Origin: a virus
Lineage: Duplodnaviria; Caudoviricetes
Direction: 5' to 3' (one strand)
DNA length: 31,234 nt
IMG/VR virus record: IMGVR_UViG_3300030095_000341
Coordinates: 1-31,234 of that record
How positions within the stretch are numbered: the stretch's first letter is position 1; each line of letters begins with the position of its first letter. The translations under genes were made by a program, and so were the position numbers. Below the pieces are notes generated by a model. That model worked only from the letters and a program-made list of their open reading frames with translations, had not been told where the DNA came from and did not search any database. Below, in pieces: positions 7,079-18,250 of the stretch.

Positions 7079-8961
7079 TGCCTCTTCAGAAGTTTATTTT
7101 TAATCCTGGAATAAATAAAGAAGGTACAGCATATACCGCTGAAAACGGGTGGTTTGACGGTAACTTAGTTCGGTTTAGAAAAGGATTTCCAGAAAAGATA
7201 GGCGGCTGGGCTAAAAACTCTCTTAATACCTATCAAGGAACTGGGCGTAAACTTCACGCTTGGGTTAATCTTCAAGGCACGAGATTTTTAGGTATTGGAA
7301 CTCGTCTAAAACTGTATATCCAAGAGGGAGATGCTTTTTACGACGTGACTCCTTTGCGTTTAACTACGAGCGCAGGAGATGTTACTTTTTCAGCCAGTAA
7401 TGGTTCTTCTACTATTACAGCAACAGATACGAACCACGGAGCAGTAGCAGGGGATTTTGTTACGTTTAGCGGAGCTGCTACGTTAGGCGGTTTAGTTACA
7501 GCGGCTGTTCTTAATCAAGAATATGAAGTTGCAACAGTAACAAGTGCTAACGCATATACGTTTACTGCGAAAGATACTTCAGGAACCACGGTCACTGCTA
7601 ATGCTAGTGATAGTGGTAACGGAGGCAGCAGCGTAGTTGGAGCTTATCAAATTAATATTGGACTAGACACTTTCGTATCTGGTTCTGGATACGGTTCTGG
7701 TACTTGGGGTAGCGGTACGTTTGGATCAGTTAGTGCATTAAGTGCTTCTAGTCAATTACGGTTATGGTCTATTGATAACTTTGGTGAAGATATGGTCTCT
7801 TGCGTAAGAGCAGGAGGTATTTTTCTCTGGGATAATTCAGACACTGTTTCAGTTAGAGCAAAAGCCTTAGAAGATGTAACAAACGCTAACCTTCCTCCAA
7901 CACTAGGTCTTCAGATTTTAGTTTCTGCAGTAGACCGTCATGTATTAGTACTTGGTTCTGATCCAATCTCAGGCCCAACTCGTTCCAATGTTCTTGATCC
8001 GTTGTTAATTAGCTGGTGTGATCAAGAAAATATTTTAGAGTGGGAGCCGAAAAGTACGAATACTGCAGGAAACTTACGGCTTTCTTCAGGGTCACAAATC
8101 ATAGGCGGGTTACGAGCTAGACAAGAAACGCTAATCTGGACAGATACCGCGCTATATAGTTTACAGTTTATAGGCGCACCGCTTACTTTTGGCGTTAATC
8201 TAGTTAACGAGGGCGTGGGATTGATTGGCCCGAATGCAGCAGTCAACTCACCTTCAGGTGTTTTCTGGATGGATCGTAAAGGGTTCTACGTTTATAACGG
8301 ATCTGTTCAACCTGTAGAGTGTAGTGTACATAGTTATGTATTTGACGATATTAATGAATCTCAGAACTTCCAGTTTTTTGCACTTCTTAATCGTCAATTT
8401 AATGAAGTAGGTTGGTTTTATAATTCTAGCGATTCCGACTTACCTGATAGATATGTAACGTACAACTACGTTGATAAAGTGTGGGCTATTGGTAAATTAG
8501 CTCGTACCGCGTGGCTTGATGAAGGAGTTGAGAATAATCCTAGGGCAGCAGGAGAAGCAAGCAGCAGTTATTATATTTATGACCACGAATCTGGGAATGA
8601 TGCAGACGGTTCTCCTATGACTGACGTTTATATAGAATCTGCTGATTTCGATATTGGAGAAGGCGAAAACTTCCAGTTTGTTCGTCGCATGATTCCAGAC
8701 GTAAGTTTTACGGGAACAGGGGGATCTGGACAACAAATCAACACTGTGTTAAAAACCCGTAATTATCCTGGGGATTCTTTAGCTACGGATAGTACAACAG
8801 CGTTTACAGCGACCACTACTAAAATAGATATGCGAGCACGTGCAAGACAAGCCGTAGTCCGTTTTGAATCAGATGATGATGCGTCTGAGGGAATACAACT
8901 AGGGGTAGGTTTTAGAGTTGGCGGCACTCGTTTAGATATTCGTCCTAATGGAAGAAGATGA
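7078..8961 (+). CDS. Probable tail tubular/nozzle or head-stabilisation protein
   Basis: 627 aa, beta-rich; N-terminus PGINKEGT..GWFDGNLVRFRKGFPEKIGGW and ISWCDQEN..W resemble podovirus stabilisation proteins; lies ahead of the putative ejection proteins. Confidence 0.65.
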   Translation: MPLQKFIFNPGINKEGTAYTAENGWFDGNLVRFRKGFPEKIGGWAKNSLNTYQGTGRKLHAWVNLQGTRFLGIGTRLKLYIQEGDAFYDVTPLRLTTSAGDVTFSASNGSSTITATDTNHGAVAGDFVTFSGAATLGGLVTAAVLNQEYEVATVTSANAYTFTAKDTSGTTVTANASDSGNGGSSVVGAYQINIGLDTFVSGSGYGSGTWGSGTFGSVSALSASSQLRLWSIDNFGEDMVSCVRAGGIFLWDNSDTVSVRAKALEDVTNANLPPTLGLQILVSAVDRHVLVLGSDPISGPTRSNVLDPLLISWCDQENILEWEPKSTNTAGNLRLSSGSQIIGGLRARQETLIWTDTALYSLQFIGAPLTFGVNLVNEGVGLIGPNAAVNSPSGVFWMDRKGFYVYNGSVQPVECSVHSYVFDDINESQNFQFFALLNRQFNEVGWFYNSSDSDLPDRYVTYNYVDKVWAIGKLARTAWLDEGVENNPRAAGEASSSYYIYDHESGNDADGSPMTDVYIESADFDIGEGENFQFVRRMIPDVSFTGTGGSGQQINTVLKTRNYPGDSLATDSTTAFTATTTKIDMRARARQAVVRFESDDDASEGIQLGVGFRVGGTRLDIRPNGRR

Positions 8962-9287
8962 CTAAACTTTTACAGGGAAGATTACCTATTGAGCTAGAAC
9001 CTTGGGTTCGTAACTACACGTACAATAGAGCTGTTAGAGTTTTAGAATTAAGTTTAGATAGGGTCGATCCAGATAAAACTCCTGTCTTTACAAGTGACGA
9101 AAGAGACGAGTTGAAATTCGAAGCTGGGAGTATTATTTGGAATACAACTGAAAGTGTTCTTCAGGTATATTTGGGAGATTCGTGGCAGAATATCTCCACG
9201 CCCACTACCTCTGGACTCAGTGCTACAGCTAGTCTAGGGGAAATACAGGTGATTGCAAGCGGATCAATAGTTGTAGAGGTTGGGTAA
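8958..9287 (+). CDS. Hypothetical virion protein
   Basis: ATGA overlap; GSIIWNTTESVLQVYLGDSW motif resembles phage structural/fibre junction domains. Confidence 0.6.
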   Translation: MTKLLQGRLPIELEPWVRNYTYNRAVRVLELSLDRVDPDKTPVFTSDERDELKFEAGSIIWNTTESVLQVYLGDSWQNISTPTTSGLSATASLGEIQVIASGSIVVEVG

Positions 9288-9290
9288 TTT

Positions 9291-10400
9291 ATGACGAGTA
9301 TATTTAGCGACGAACAACGAGCCTCCTTAATGGATTCGATGACTAATCCTGAATCTAACGCTCGTAAGATGATTGAGCAAAATGCCGAGATAGGCATCTC
9401 TCCTGACGTAACTACTGAAATACTTAATAAATACGCCACTTACGGAGCCAATACAGGTATCGGAAATATTGGCGGCGGTAAACTTGTTAATGCTTTAAAT
9501 GAACATTACCGTAATCAAGTAGACGCTCCTCTGCAACAAGATCCTCCTGAAATGTTTCTGGGTGGTCTTTTAGAAGGAATTAGAAATGCGGGGGCTAATG
9601 TAGGAACGTATCTAAGAGATGTGTTTACTCAAGGCGGGGAAGCTACAGGTGAGTTAGTAAAAGAAGCACCAGACGCAATAGACGCAATTAATAGTCCTGT
9701 TGGTGTAGAAGGAGATGCAGTAGACGCAGCTGTTCAAACAGCAGAGACAGCTACAGGCACACCTGTTTCGACTGATGAAAAAACTCGAATGCAACGATTT
9801 AAAGATTACATGGAAGATAATCCTATACTTGCTAGGGAACTAATTGGTACGGGAGGCACTATAGCTGGAGTTTTAGCTAAAGCTGCTATAGGGGAAGATG
9901 ATACTCCTGCTTCAATTCGTGCTCCACGTCCTAGATTTCGACCAGGAAAAGTTCGTACTCAGCGAATAGGTATGGAAGAAGGGGGTTCTGTAGAAAGTGA
10001 AAATATTTATCAAAATGATCCAGTTTATCAAACATTATCTCTTTTAGGGTTAAGTGACGAAGCTATAGATAAATTTATTAAAACTACGGGAGACATTCCT
10101 GAAAGCGTAGTGGACGCTTCTATTTATATTGGACAAAAATTAAGAGACGCTGGAATATTAGAAGAACCACGAGCAAAGAAAAAAGAAGATGGCGGTACAG
10201 TCCTTAACCGTAAAATGTTTCTAGGAGGCGGTGAAGTTGATGGTCCTGGAGGCGAGAAAGAAGATTTAGTTCCGATTTGGGCTAGTCCTAACGAGTACGT
10301 TGTTTCCGCTAAAGGCGTGAGACGAATGGGTGGCGGCGACCTTCAACAAGGAATCGCGGCTCTTGATAGAATAAATTTTGGTGATGAACGATATGGCTGA
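9291..10400 (+). CDS. Putative internal virion protein
   Basis: Several M/K-x-x-GG motifs; C-terminal GGGEVDGPGGEKEDLVPIWASPNEYVV motif recalled from virion/tape-measure-type proteins; position in module. Confidence 0.6.
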   Translation: MTSIFSDEQRASLMDSMTNPESNARKMIEQNAEIGISPDVTTEILNKYATYGANTGIGNIGGGKLVNALNEHYRNQVDAPLQQDPPEMFLGGLLEGIRNAGANVGTYLRDVFTQGGEATGELVKEAPDAIDAINSPVGVEGDAVDAAVQTAETATGTPVSTDEKTRMQRFKDYMEDNPILARELIGTGGTIAGVLAKAAIGEDDTPASIRAPRPRFRPGKVRTQRIGMEEGGSVESENIYQNDPVYQTLSLLGLSDEAIDKFIKTTGDIPESVVDASIYIGQKLRDAGILEEPRAKKKEDGGTVLNRKMFLGGGEVDGPGGEKEDLVPIWASPNEYVVSAKGVRRMGGGDLQQGIAALDRINFGDERYG

Positions 10401-12123
10401 GAATCAAACTGCATATAGTTATCAGGCTCCTGACCAATATATTTACAACCTCTTAACAGGGGGTGGTAATCGTTTTGGTCTACTTCCAGGAGTAGAACAG
10501 TATTACGCAAGTCAGTTCCAAAACTTAGGAGCTGCCGATAGCAGTCCATTTACTTATACAGGTGAACGTATTGCAGATTTCTCTCCTAGAGAAAAACTTG
10601 CAATGGGAATGGCTGATCAAGGTATTGGTGCATTTCAACCTTATTTTAATCGTGCTGCAGGTTTAAGTGAAGAAGCTCTTGCTACATTAGCAGGAGGAAC
10701 CTCTGAAGCAAAAGCACAACTTTTACGTTCTCTACAACAAGGAGAAGACTACACCCGCACAGGATTAGATAGAGCCGTAGGTGCGGAAGGTGATTTTCGT
10801 GGTCAGTTATCTGAGGCTGAACGTCTAGCTAGAGAAGGCCAGACTATGTCTGACCCGTATTTAACAGAAGGTATCGCAGGAATTAGATCAGGCCGAGCTG
10901 ATGAATTAGCAGGATTAACTGAAGCAGCTCAAATAGGACGAGGCGCAGTTACTGCTCAAGACCCATATATACAAGAAGCGTTACAACAAACACGGGCCAG
11001 CACGGCAGGGTTCGATCCTTCTTCAATAAGTCAATATATGGATCCTTATGAGGATCAAGTAGTTCAGCAAGCGATGAAAGATATTCGTGAATCGCAAGCT
11101 AAAAGCGATATTGGACGACGAGCTGGAGAAGTAGGACAAGGAGCTTTCGGAGGCGCAAGATCACAACTTACACAACAAGAATCTGATCAAGCAACAGGTC
11201 GTGGATTAATGGATGCTGTTGCAGGAATCAGGAGTCGTGGTTTTGAAGGCTCACGATCAGCTGCTATGGGTGAGTTTGGAAGACAACGTGGAGCTGAGGC
11301 AGCTGCTGCTGGAGCTACTGCAGGATTAGGTGCTCAAGCAGGAAGCGCAAGAACAGGATTAGCTTCTTTACTTTCTGGTGTAGCAGGCCAACGTGGAGCT
11401 GCTAGACGTGGAGCTGCTGGTGAAATTGCTGGACTAGGTTCACAAAGAGGAGCAGGATTAGAACGACTAGCTTCGACCGTTGCTGGTTTTGGGCAACAAG
11501 GATACGGAGCAGGAATGGGCACTTCGGGTGCGCTTACGTCAGGAGGGCAACAGCTCTACGGCATGGGGACTGGGGCCTCTTCTGCGTTAAGTGGACTTGC
11601 AGGAACACTAGCAGGGGGACAAGAAAGAGGGGCAGGGGCAATGTCTGGTTATGCTGGGATGCTTCCTGGATTGATGCAAGGTGACGTGTCTAATATGATG
11701 AATATAGGCGCAATGAACCGAGCTAGAAATCAAGCTCAGATGGATCTTAATTATCAGAATTTTGTAGGACAGTATAATTTACCACAACAGCTTATGTCTG
11801 GTTACGCAAACTTCTTAACTGGTGCAGGGCCACTGGCTGGTGGAACAGGGTACTCAGGAACTACTGCACAAAATCCGTACTCTATGACCGGAGGTACAGC
11901 AGGAGCATTTAACCCATACGCCTCTATGGGAGGATATTTCGGTGGTGGAGGTTCAGTAGAGAAAGGCGGTAAGCCGATTCCTGAAGGAAATAAAGGACTC
12001 GCGGCTCTTTCTAAGAAAGCCCCTGATGTAGTACGAAAGATGGGATTTAGCCCCGCTAAAGCAATGCATGGAGGAATCGCGTCTCGTTTTCCAATGACTT
12101 CTCGTAAAATGGGGACTGGCTAG
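10393..12123 (+). CDS. Putative DNA ejection/pilot protein (G/A/Q-rich)
   Basis: YMDPYEDQVVQQ and GAFGGAR motifs; low-complexity helical G/A/Q composition; ATG at 10393 preferred over the ORF-track start at 10378. Confidence 0.65.
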   Translation: MAENQTAYSYQAPDQYIYNLLTGGGNRFGLLPGVEQYYASQFQNLGAADSSPFTYTGERIADFSPREKLAMGMADQGIGAFQPYFNRAAGLSEEALATLAGGTSEAKAQLLRSLQQGEDYTRTGLDRAVGAEGDFRGQLSEAERLAREGQTMSDPYLTEGIAGIRSGRADELAGLTEAAQIGRGAVTAQDPYIQEALQQTRASTAGFDPSSISQYMDPYEDQVVQQAMKDIRESQAKSDIGRRAGEVGQGAFGGARSQLTQQESDQATGRGLMDAVAGIRSRGFEGSRSAAMGEFGRQRGAEAAAAGATAGLGAQAGSARTGLASLLSGVAGQRGAARRGAAGEIAGLGSQRGAGLERLASTVAGFGQQGYGAGMGTSGALTSGGQQLYGMGTGASSALSGLAGTLAGGQERGAGAMSGYAGMLPGLMQGDVSNMMNIGAMNRARNQAQMDLNYQNFVGQYNLPQQLMSGYANFLTGAGPLAGGTGYSGTTAQNPYSMTGGTAGAFNPYASMGGYFGGGGSVEKGGKPIPEGNKGLAALSKKAPDVVRKMGFSPAKAMHGGIASRFPMTSRKMGTG

Positions 12124-14393
12124 TGGCTACGAATTACGGTTTTAATATAGGCGGGGGAGGACTCGCGGATCTTGTTCAGACGCCTAAAGTAACGCCCGTA
12201 AGAGGGATGCAATTCGCTCCTACTCCTAGACTTCCTAGAGAACAAGAAAAAGACTCTAAGAAACAATTATTAGGTGCTCTATTAGGAAGCGCATCTCCTT
12301 TCCTAGGTGATTTAGCTTTAAAAGGTATTGCTCAAATTCCTGGAGCTGAGAAATTTTTCTACAAAGACGACCCTACTGCTTTAGCTGCTGAAATTAAGCC
12401 AGAAGACATCCTTACAGATACCGAAATACCTGAAGGACAAACTTCGTTTACTGCAGAACAACTAAGAGAAAAATTAAGGCAGGGACGTCTTGCAGAAATA
12501 GATAAAAGTGCTCCTGCTTTAAAGACTCCTCAGGTAAAAACAATAGGAGGAGAAATAGTAAGTAGGATCTTAGGCTACAGTCCTGGATTAGCATTAGGAG
12601 ACGAAGATGATGGGTCTGTTCCTTCTTTTTTAACTACAGCAGGCCAAAGTCAAAAACTTCTTTCTGCATTAGAACAGTCACGAGTTGAAAGTGCAGTAGA
12701 CAGAAGCCAGCTTAGAGCAAGAGAATTTGCAGAGGTAGATCCGAAATTAACCCAAGTTACAGTAAACGGTTGGAAAGATATTGACGGCAAACTTGTAGGA
12801 TATCAGACTCGTGCTTTACGAGATGAAAACGGGGTAACTTGGATAGAGAGTCGTGGGGATCAGCGTTTTGATGTACAACAAGGAACAAATGAAGTTGTTC
12901 CTAAAGGACAGTATTACCGTAACACTCAAATGACCATGCTAGACGGAGAGATAGGAGAAGTAGCTACAGACACTTTCCAAGATTCCGGAGGCAGAACTGA
13001 TGGACAGTTGTATGAAGTAAGTCTTATAAAAGGCATGAATCCTAAAACTGGGCAACCATTTATAGAAAGACGAGTAATGCAAGATGATGGTTCTTATAGA
13101 ACTGTTGCTGAAATGAAACAAGATGGTTACAACTTGGTTTCTCAAGTTGATTTAACTACTGAACGTGCGGTTCCTGGTAAATTAAAAACTAATGACCAAA
13201 AACGATTAGACGATTTCGTTCTAAGAAGAGATGCCACTCGTAATCTCGTTTCCTTAGCTACTCAAATCATGGATCGTTTAGGCATGAAAGATGCTACTGT
13301 TGATGATGAGGGAAACATACAAGGATTAGACGAAGCTATCACTACTGGTTCTTCTGAGTACGCGGCTAAATTTTTGGATATTTTTGACAGAAATGTAAGA
13401 ATGTTCGGCTCTAAACTAGCTCAGATTTACGGAATGGAAGGGTCTGATCAAACTAGTATTTTCGATGAATTTGTAAAAAGAAATGTTGATCCAGATAGCG
13501 GTGCTAAAGGATTAGCAGACGCTCTTAACTATTATCAAACTGCATTAGAAAGCCAAGATCAAGCTGAAATAGACAAAGCTAGAAGTTTTCTTATTGATGA
13601 CTTACAAAGAATTAAAGATACCGTTGGAACAGATATTGCAGATAGTCCGTCTAGCTGGTTGAATTTTGATAAAAACGAACTACAAACTTATTTACAAGAC
13701 ACTGGTTTTTATGGTGCGGCTCAAATACGGTTAGCGTTTTTAATGGCTTCTGCTAGAGGCGAATCATTATCTAGGATTTCAGATAGAGACGTTGCATTAA
13801 ACTTACAAACTATGGGTTTCGAAGACGGTAATCCCGCAGTAGTTGTAGATAAACTAGGGGGAGCTATATTTGATGCAATACAAAACACAGATAGAGAAAA
13901 CGCTTCGTCTTCTACATTAAGAAAAATAGATTTACTAACAGGAATGAGTATTGACGAGCAAAGAGTCACTTTAGAAAATATTAGAGACGATTTTGCAGCT
14001 CAATATAATTTAGATGTTGGTCCTGATTCAGATGTAGACCGTCTATACAATTCGAATGACCCAGTAGAGATTGGAAGATTACGCAGAAAAATAAGAGGCG
14101 ATGCACAACGAAACACTGGTGGTGTTGCAAAAACTACTTTTGTATATGATCCTAAATTACAAATGTTTTTACCTGCTACAGTAGCTCGAGAGATTCTAGG
14201 GGGAGAAAACCCAGAATTTTCTAAGTTCGGTAATTACTTGATGATGCTGAAATATAATTTAAGAACAGGAACAACTCCTGGAAAACGTAGTACAGTTCCT
14301 GGATCCCGTGTCAATAGATCTCCTACAACTACAGTAGGGGACGTCCAGACTACAGGCGCGTTTAGCAAACGAGCGCAGGACGACACTCCATAA
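12123..14393 (+). CDS. Putative internal virion protein (756 aa)
   Basis: Long ORF with GTG start coupled to the previous stop; function inferred from position only. Confidence 0.55.
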   Translation: MATNYGFNIGGGGLADLVQTPKVTPVRGMQFAPTPRLPREQEKDSKKQLLGALLGSASPFLGDLALKGIAQIPGAEKFFYKDDPTALAAEIKPEDILTDTEIPEGQTSFTAEQLREKLRQGRLAEIDKSAPALKTPQVKTIGGEIVSRILGYSPGLALGDEDDGSVPSFLTTAGQSQKLLSALEQSRVESAVDRSQLRAREFAEVDPKLTQVTVNGWKDIDGKLVGYQTRALRDENGVTWIESRGDQRFDVQQGTNEVVPKGQYYRNTQMTMLDGEIGEVATDTFQDSGGRTDGQLYEVSLIKGMNPKTGQPFIERRVMQDDGSYRTVAEMKQDGYNLVSQVDLTTERAVPGKLKTNDQKRLDDFVLRRDATRNLVSLATQIMDRLGMKDATVDDEGNIQGLDEAITTGSSEYAAKFLDIFDRNVRMFGSKLAQIYGMEGSDQTSIFDEFVKRNVDPDSGAKGLADALNYYQTALESQDQAEIDKARSFLIDDLQRIKDTVGTDIADSPSSWLNFDKNELQTYLQDTGFYGAAQIRLAFLMASARGESLSRISDRDVALNLQTMGFEDGNPAVVVDKLGGAIFDAIQNTDRENASSSTLRKIDLLTGMSIDEQRVTLENIRDDFAAQYNLDVGPDSDVDRLYNSNDPVEIGRLRRKIRGDAQRNTGGVAKTTFVYDPKLQMFLPATVAREILGGENPEFSKFGNYLMMLKYNLRTGTTPGKRSTVPGSRVNRSPTTTVGDVQTTGAFSKRAQDDTP

Positions 14394-17300
14394 TGGCTGC
14401 TGAAAATTTAATTACAAAAGACCCGTTTTATGAGTCTGATTTTTTCCGAAAAGTTGCAGAAAAATCAGGGGCTATTAAATTATTAGATTCTGAATCTTAT
14501 TTCAATTCACGTTATAAAGATGCTCAAGGAAACATTCGTGGGTATACTCCTCGTCAAATTTTAGAGTCAGGTGGCCCTAAAAGTAATGTTGTACAGGAAG
14601 TAGAAAGAAAACGAGGCAATAGAACATACAGCGAAAAAGTTGCTTTATCTAATCCTGAATTTTTTCAATTTGCATCTGTTTTAGAACAAGTTTTAGACAA
14701 TCCTGATTTACTAAGGGATGTTACAGAAAACCTTGGAGTAGATGAAAGTAAACTTCGATCTGACTATGAGGCAGTTGAACCTGTTTACTCAGCGATGTGG
14801 TCTCGTATTAAGAATAATAAAAGTAGTGCTGGTTTAACTACTTCTGATTATGAGCGGCGAGAACAAGGAGAAGAACCGCTAGTCCCTCCTGGTGTGGCAG
14901 CAACTAGTGGCGTACTTGGTTACGCTATTTCACAAGGTGCTGAAATGTTGCGCGGAGGGCTTTTTGAATCTAACGAAGATCAACGAGAAGCTCTTATATT
15001 ACGCGGAGTAAACCCTAGTTTTGTTGAAAATTCTTATGAAGAATACGCACCTATTGACGAAGATTATTTTTATCGAGTAGGTGTTTCTCCTATTTTTTCG
15101 ACACCAACAGAATATAAAAACATTATTCGTAAGTTTGACCCAGACGCTAAAGTTGAATATATAAATCCTGATATTCCTGAAGAAGGGTTGTTGGTTAAAA
15201 GTAGATTTAATCCTTTCATTCGCGGAGAAGGTGAAAGCGCAGGGGATTATGCATGGCTTCCCGTGGCTAATGTACAGCCTATGGAATCAATGCTTGAAGG
15301 CGATATTTCCCCAGCGTTACGAGAACTTGCTAAGTTTGGAGCGCAAGAAGGAGTAGGCATTACTGCGGGAGGTGGAGCTGTTACTCTTGCAGGAAAACTC
15401 GCCCGAAAGAAAATACAAGAACGGTTACAGAGAAAAGCTAAAGATATTGATGATCCTGGAGCTTCTAGATATAGAGCAGAAACTGCAAAGATACCAGGAA
15501 AAATATCGATTCCTGAGTCTTTAAAAGAAATAGGATACACGAGCCTAGGAGTGGCTGGTGGGGAAGCTCTTGTACGTTTTGGACAACTAGCTTTAGGAAC
15601 CACTGAAGCAGGGGGCAATGTACAACCTGACCTACAGTTTGAAAGAGCAGTAGAGGATTCAGGAGCCATCTTCCAAGCTGCTTTGCTTTATGGAGCAGGT
15701 GGGGATGTTTTGATTAGAAGTCTCGGAGCTATGTGGACTAAGCTAACGGGTAGACCTGTGCAAAGCGAGATCATTGATGAAATGATGGTTGAGGCGCGAG
15801 TTCTTGGAGATAAAATCAGGCGAGTTAACGATGGAAATGCTGATGCGCTCCCTGAAGAAATGACGCCTCAAATGCGAGATAGGATTGCAGAAGTAGCACG
15901 AGATCCTGAAACTGGGTTAGTTGACCTACCTGAGTTTGACGAATTGACACCAGGAGAATTATTAAAACTTACTGGAGACGCTGCAGACGAAGCCGCAAGA
16001 AGAATTAGACAACAAAAACAAACACTAGGGCAACTTTCAGAAAACGAACGAATATTAGCGTTTGAAGAATTAATGTCTGAAGTGATGTTAGAAATGCCCA
16101 TCGCGATAGACCTAGAAGATTTTCATAAAAACAACTCTGCTATGTTAGAGCAGTTCTATAGAGATATTTTAAGAAAATCAGGGTTAAACCCCAGAGAAGC
16201 AGAGGAACTAGGGGTTTCTAAAGAAACTTTAAACGAGGTCTTTAGCGGAGTAAGAGTTGAACAATTAGTTAAAGAACTTTCTGAAGAAGAACAAGCTATC
16301 GTTGATAAAATGGTAGGGAACCAATTAGGTCAGATGCTCGCATCTGATACTTCTCGAGCAGGAAGACAACAAGCTGCAGAAAATATACAAGAACGTGTAA
16401 AGACTGCTCAAAGTAAATTCTTTCCTGATGAAAAATCTAGGCTCATTGTTCAACGGAGCGAAGAACTTGATGAAATTCGCTCTAAAATGGGCGGGATATT
16501 AAGTCGAGATCAATATAACGATCAAAGAGCTACTGTTAAACTACCTAAGTATATTTCAGCACCCCTTAAAGATTTTCTTGACGCTAATAAACAAGAAGGG
16601 GTTGTTTTTGGTTCTGAGGATACTGCAGAAGCTGCGGAGTTTATTAGAGCTATTTTACCGAACCGAGAAACTGAAGGCATAAGTATCCAAATGATGCTTG
16701 GTCAAGGAAGAGACGAAAAAGGGCAATTTTTACCTCAAAAACCTTTCACACAAAAAGAGTTGATTCTTACTCGACAAAACCTAGCTGCTGCTTTATCTGG
16801 TCATCCTAATAAAGTTGTCCGTGAAAAAGGTGAAGCACTTCTTGCAGGAATAGATAATGCGATAGACGATAACTTTCGTAAAATGTATAAAATCCAAACA
16901 GGTAAAGACGCCCCAGAAAATATGGAAAAACTTTACGACGAAGTTGGTCGTGAATATCAAATACTTGCTGGGCAACTTGTTGATAAACAACAAGAACTGT
17001 CTGCTCGATTTTTAGTTGATCTTGCTAAAAAAGATGAATCTGAAATAGGTTCTTTTATTAGAACTTCAAACCCTGGAAATGTTAGATCACTAATGGAGTT
17101 TGTTAGTCGACAAGAAGGCGGTTTAGAAAAAATTGAGTCTATAAAAACAACTGTCTTAGAGTCTATTAAACGAGAAGTTGACGCAGACAATGTCAATCCA
17201 GGAACTGCTCGAAGCCGTTTTAATAATATTTTGTCTAAAAACGAAGAACAATTACGAGCTTTATTTCCTGAAGATTTTGTAAAGTTCGAAGATTACAGAA

Positions 17301-18250
17301 GTTTTTTATCCGAAGCTCAAAAAGCTGTAACTAAATCACAAAGTAATATTAGAGCAATCAATCGAGAATTAGAAAATTTAAAAGATGAAACTGGTAAAGC
17401 ACGAACACTGACAGAAGTGCTTGATCAATATTTTAATCTTTCTGCTCGAGGAACAAAAAACGTACAAGAAACTCAACTGTCAAATTTTGTCAAAAATATA
17501 GGCAAAACAGCAGAAGACTATCCTGAGCTAAGAACTGCATTACAACAATATTTTGCAGAAAATATTGTGTTAGGACTAAGAGGAACAGCGTTTAGAAAAA
17601 CTCCTCGTGGTACACGAATGTTAGATGCAGCTGGCCCTGATTCATCTTTTGATATTACTAGACTTAAAGAACTTATTTTAGAACCGTTTAGCACAGACGC
17701 TGACGCAGCTAGGTTTTTAGAACCTGTTGTTGGAGCTGATGAAGCTTTTAGATATGCAAAAGACCTAAGAATTTTAGCTAGAATGGTAAATCAACAAAAA
17801 GGGTTTGCTGGTAATCCTCTTGAAAGTTACCTTGGTAAACAAGCCAGAAAAAATGTTGACGATGTAAGATCACGAGGCCAAGGAACCAGAGGCGGCATAG
17901 ATCGAATACGAAGATTTATATTTGGGCCGTTAGATTTAACGGCTACTCGAATCGGTGTAGCGAGAGATGTTTTCGCTGAAGAACTTGATGGTGCAAAAGC
18001 AGTTTATCTAGGTAAGATTGTTTCCGATCCCACTAAACTAAAAGCATATTTACGAGCAGAACAGATGAAACTTCCTGCTCTTACAATGTTTCACGTAACG
18101 CAAGCTATCGCTCAAGGAAGATCTGAGAACGTAGGGAGTGAAGAAAATCAAACTGCTCGAGACCGTATGATAAGAGAATTATCTAATTTAACCGAAGAGC
18201 AGAACACAATGCCCGAGCGAATAATGCGATTGTATGAGGAATTATTCTAA
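14393..18250 (+). CDS. Large putative internal virion/ejection protein (1285 aa)
   Basis: Very long, charged helical ORF with short hydrophobic G/A segments near aa 320-450; TAATG coupling; size and position fit podovirus ejectosome components. Confidence 0.6.
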   Translation: MAAENLITKDPFYESDFFRKVAEKSGAIKLLDSESYFNSRYKDAQGNIRGYTPRQILESGGPKSNVVQEVERKRGNRTYSEKVALSNPEFFQFASVLEQVLDNPDLLRDVTENLGVDESKLRSDYEAVEPVYSAMWSRIKNNKSSAGLTTSDYERREQGEEPLVPPGVAATSGVLGYAISQGAEMLRGGLFESNEDQREALILRGVNPSFVENSYEEYAPIDEDYFYRVGVSPIFSTPTEYKNIIRKFDPDAKVEYINPDIPEEGLLVKSRFNPFIRGEGESAGDYAWLPVANVQPMESMLEGDISPALRELAKFGAQEGVGITAGGGAVTLAGKLARKKIQERLQRKAKDIDDPGASRYRAETAKIPGKISIPESLKEIGYTSLGVAGGEALVRFGQLALGTTEAGGNVQPDLQFERAVEDSGAIFQAALLYGAGGDVLIRSLGAMWTKLTGRPVQSEIIDEMMVEARVLGDKIRRVNDGNADALPEEMTPQMRDRIAEVARDPETGLVDLPEFDELTPGELLKLTGDAADEAARRIRQQKQTLGQLSENERILAFEELMSEVMLEMPIAIDLEDFHKNNSAMLEQFYRDILRKSGLNPREAEELGVSKETLNEVFSGVRVEQLVKELSEEEQAIVDKMVGNQLGQMLASDTSRAGRQQAAENIQERVKTAQSKFFPDEKSRLIVQRSEELDEIRSKMGGILSRDQYNDQRATVKLPKYISAPLKDFLDANKQEGVVFGSEDTAEAAEFIRAILPNRETEGISIQMMLGQGRDEKGQFLPQKPFTQKELILTRQNLAAALSGHPNKVVREKGEALLAGIDNAIDDNFRKMYKIQTGKDAPENMEKLYDEVGREYQILAGQLVDKQQELSARFLVDLAKKDESEIGSFIRTSNPGNVRSLMEFVSRQEGGLEKIESIKTTVLESIKREVDADNVNPGTARSRFNNILSKNEEQLRALFPEDFVKFEDYRSFLSEAQKAVTKSQSNIRAINRELENLKDETGKARTLTEVLDQYFNLSARGTKNVQETQLSNFVKNIGKTAEDYPELRTALQQYFAENIVLGLRGTAFRKTPRGTRMLDAAGPDSSFDITRLKELILEPFSTDADAARFLEPVVGADEAFRYAKDLRILARMVNQQKGFAGNPLESYLGKQARKNVDDVRSRGQGTRGGIDRIRRFIFGPLDLTATRIGVARDVFAEELDGAKAVYLGKIVSDPTKLKAYLRAEQMKLPALTMFHVTQAIAQGRSENVGSEENQTARDRMIRELSNLTEEQNTMPERIMRLYEELF

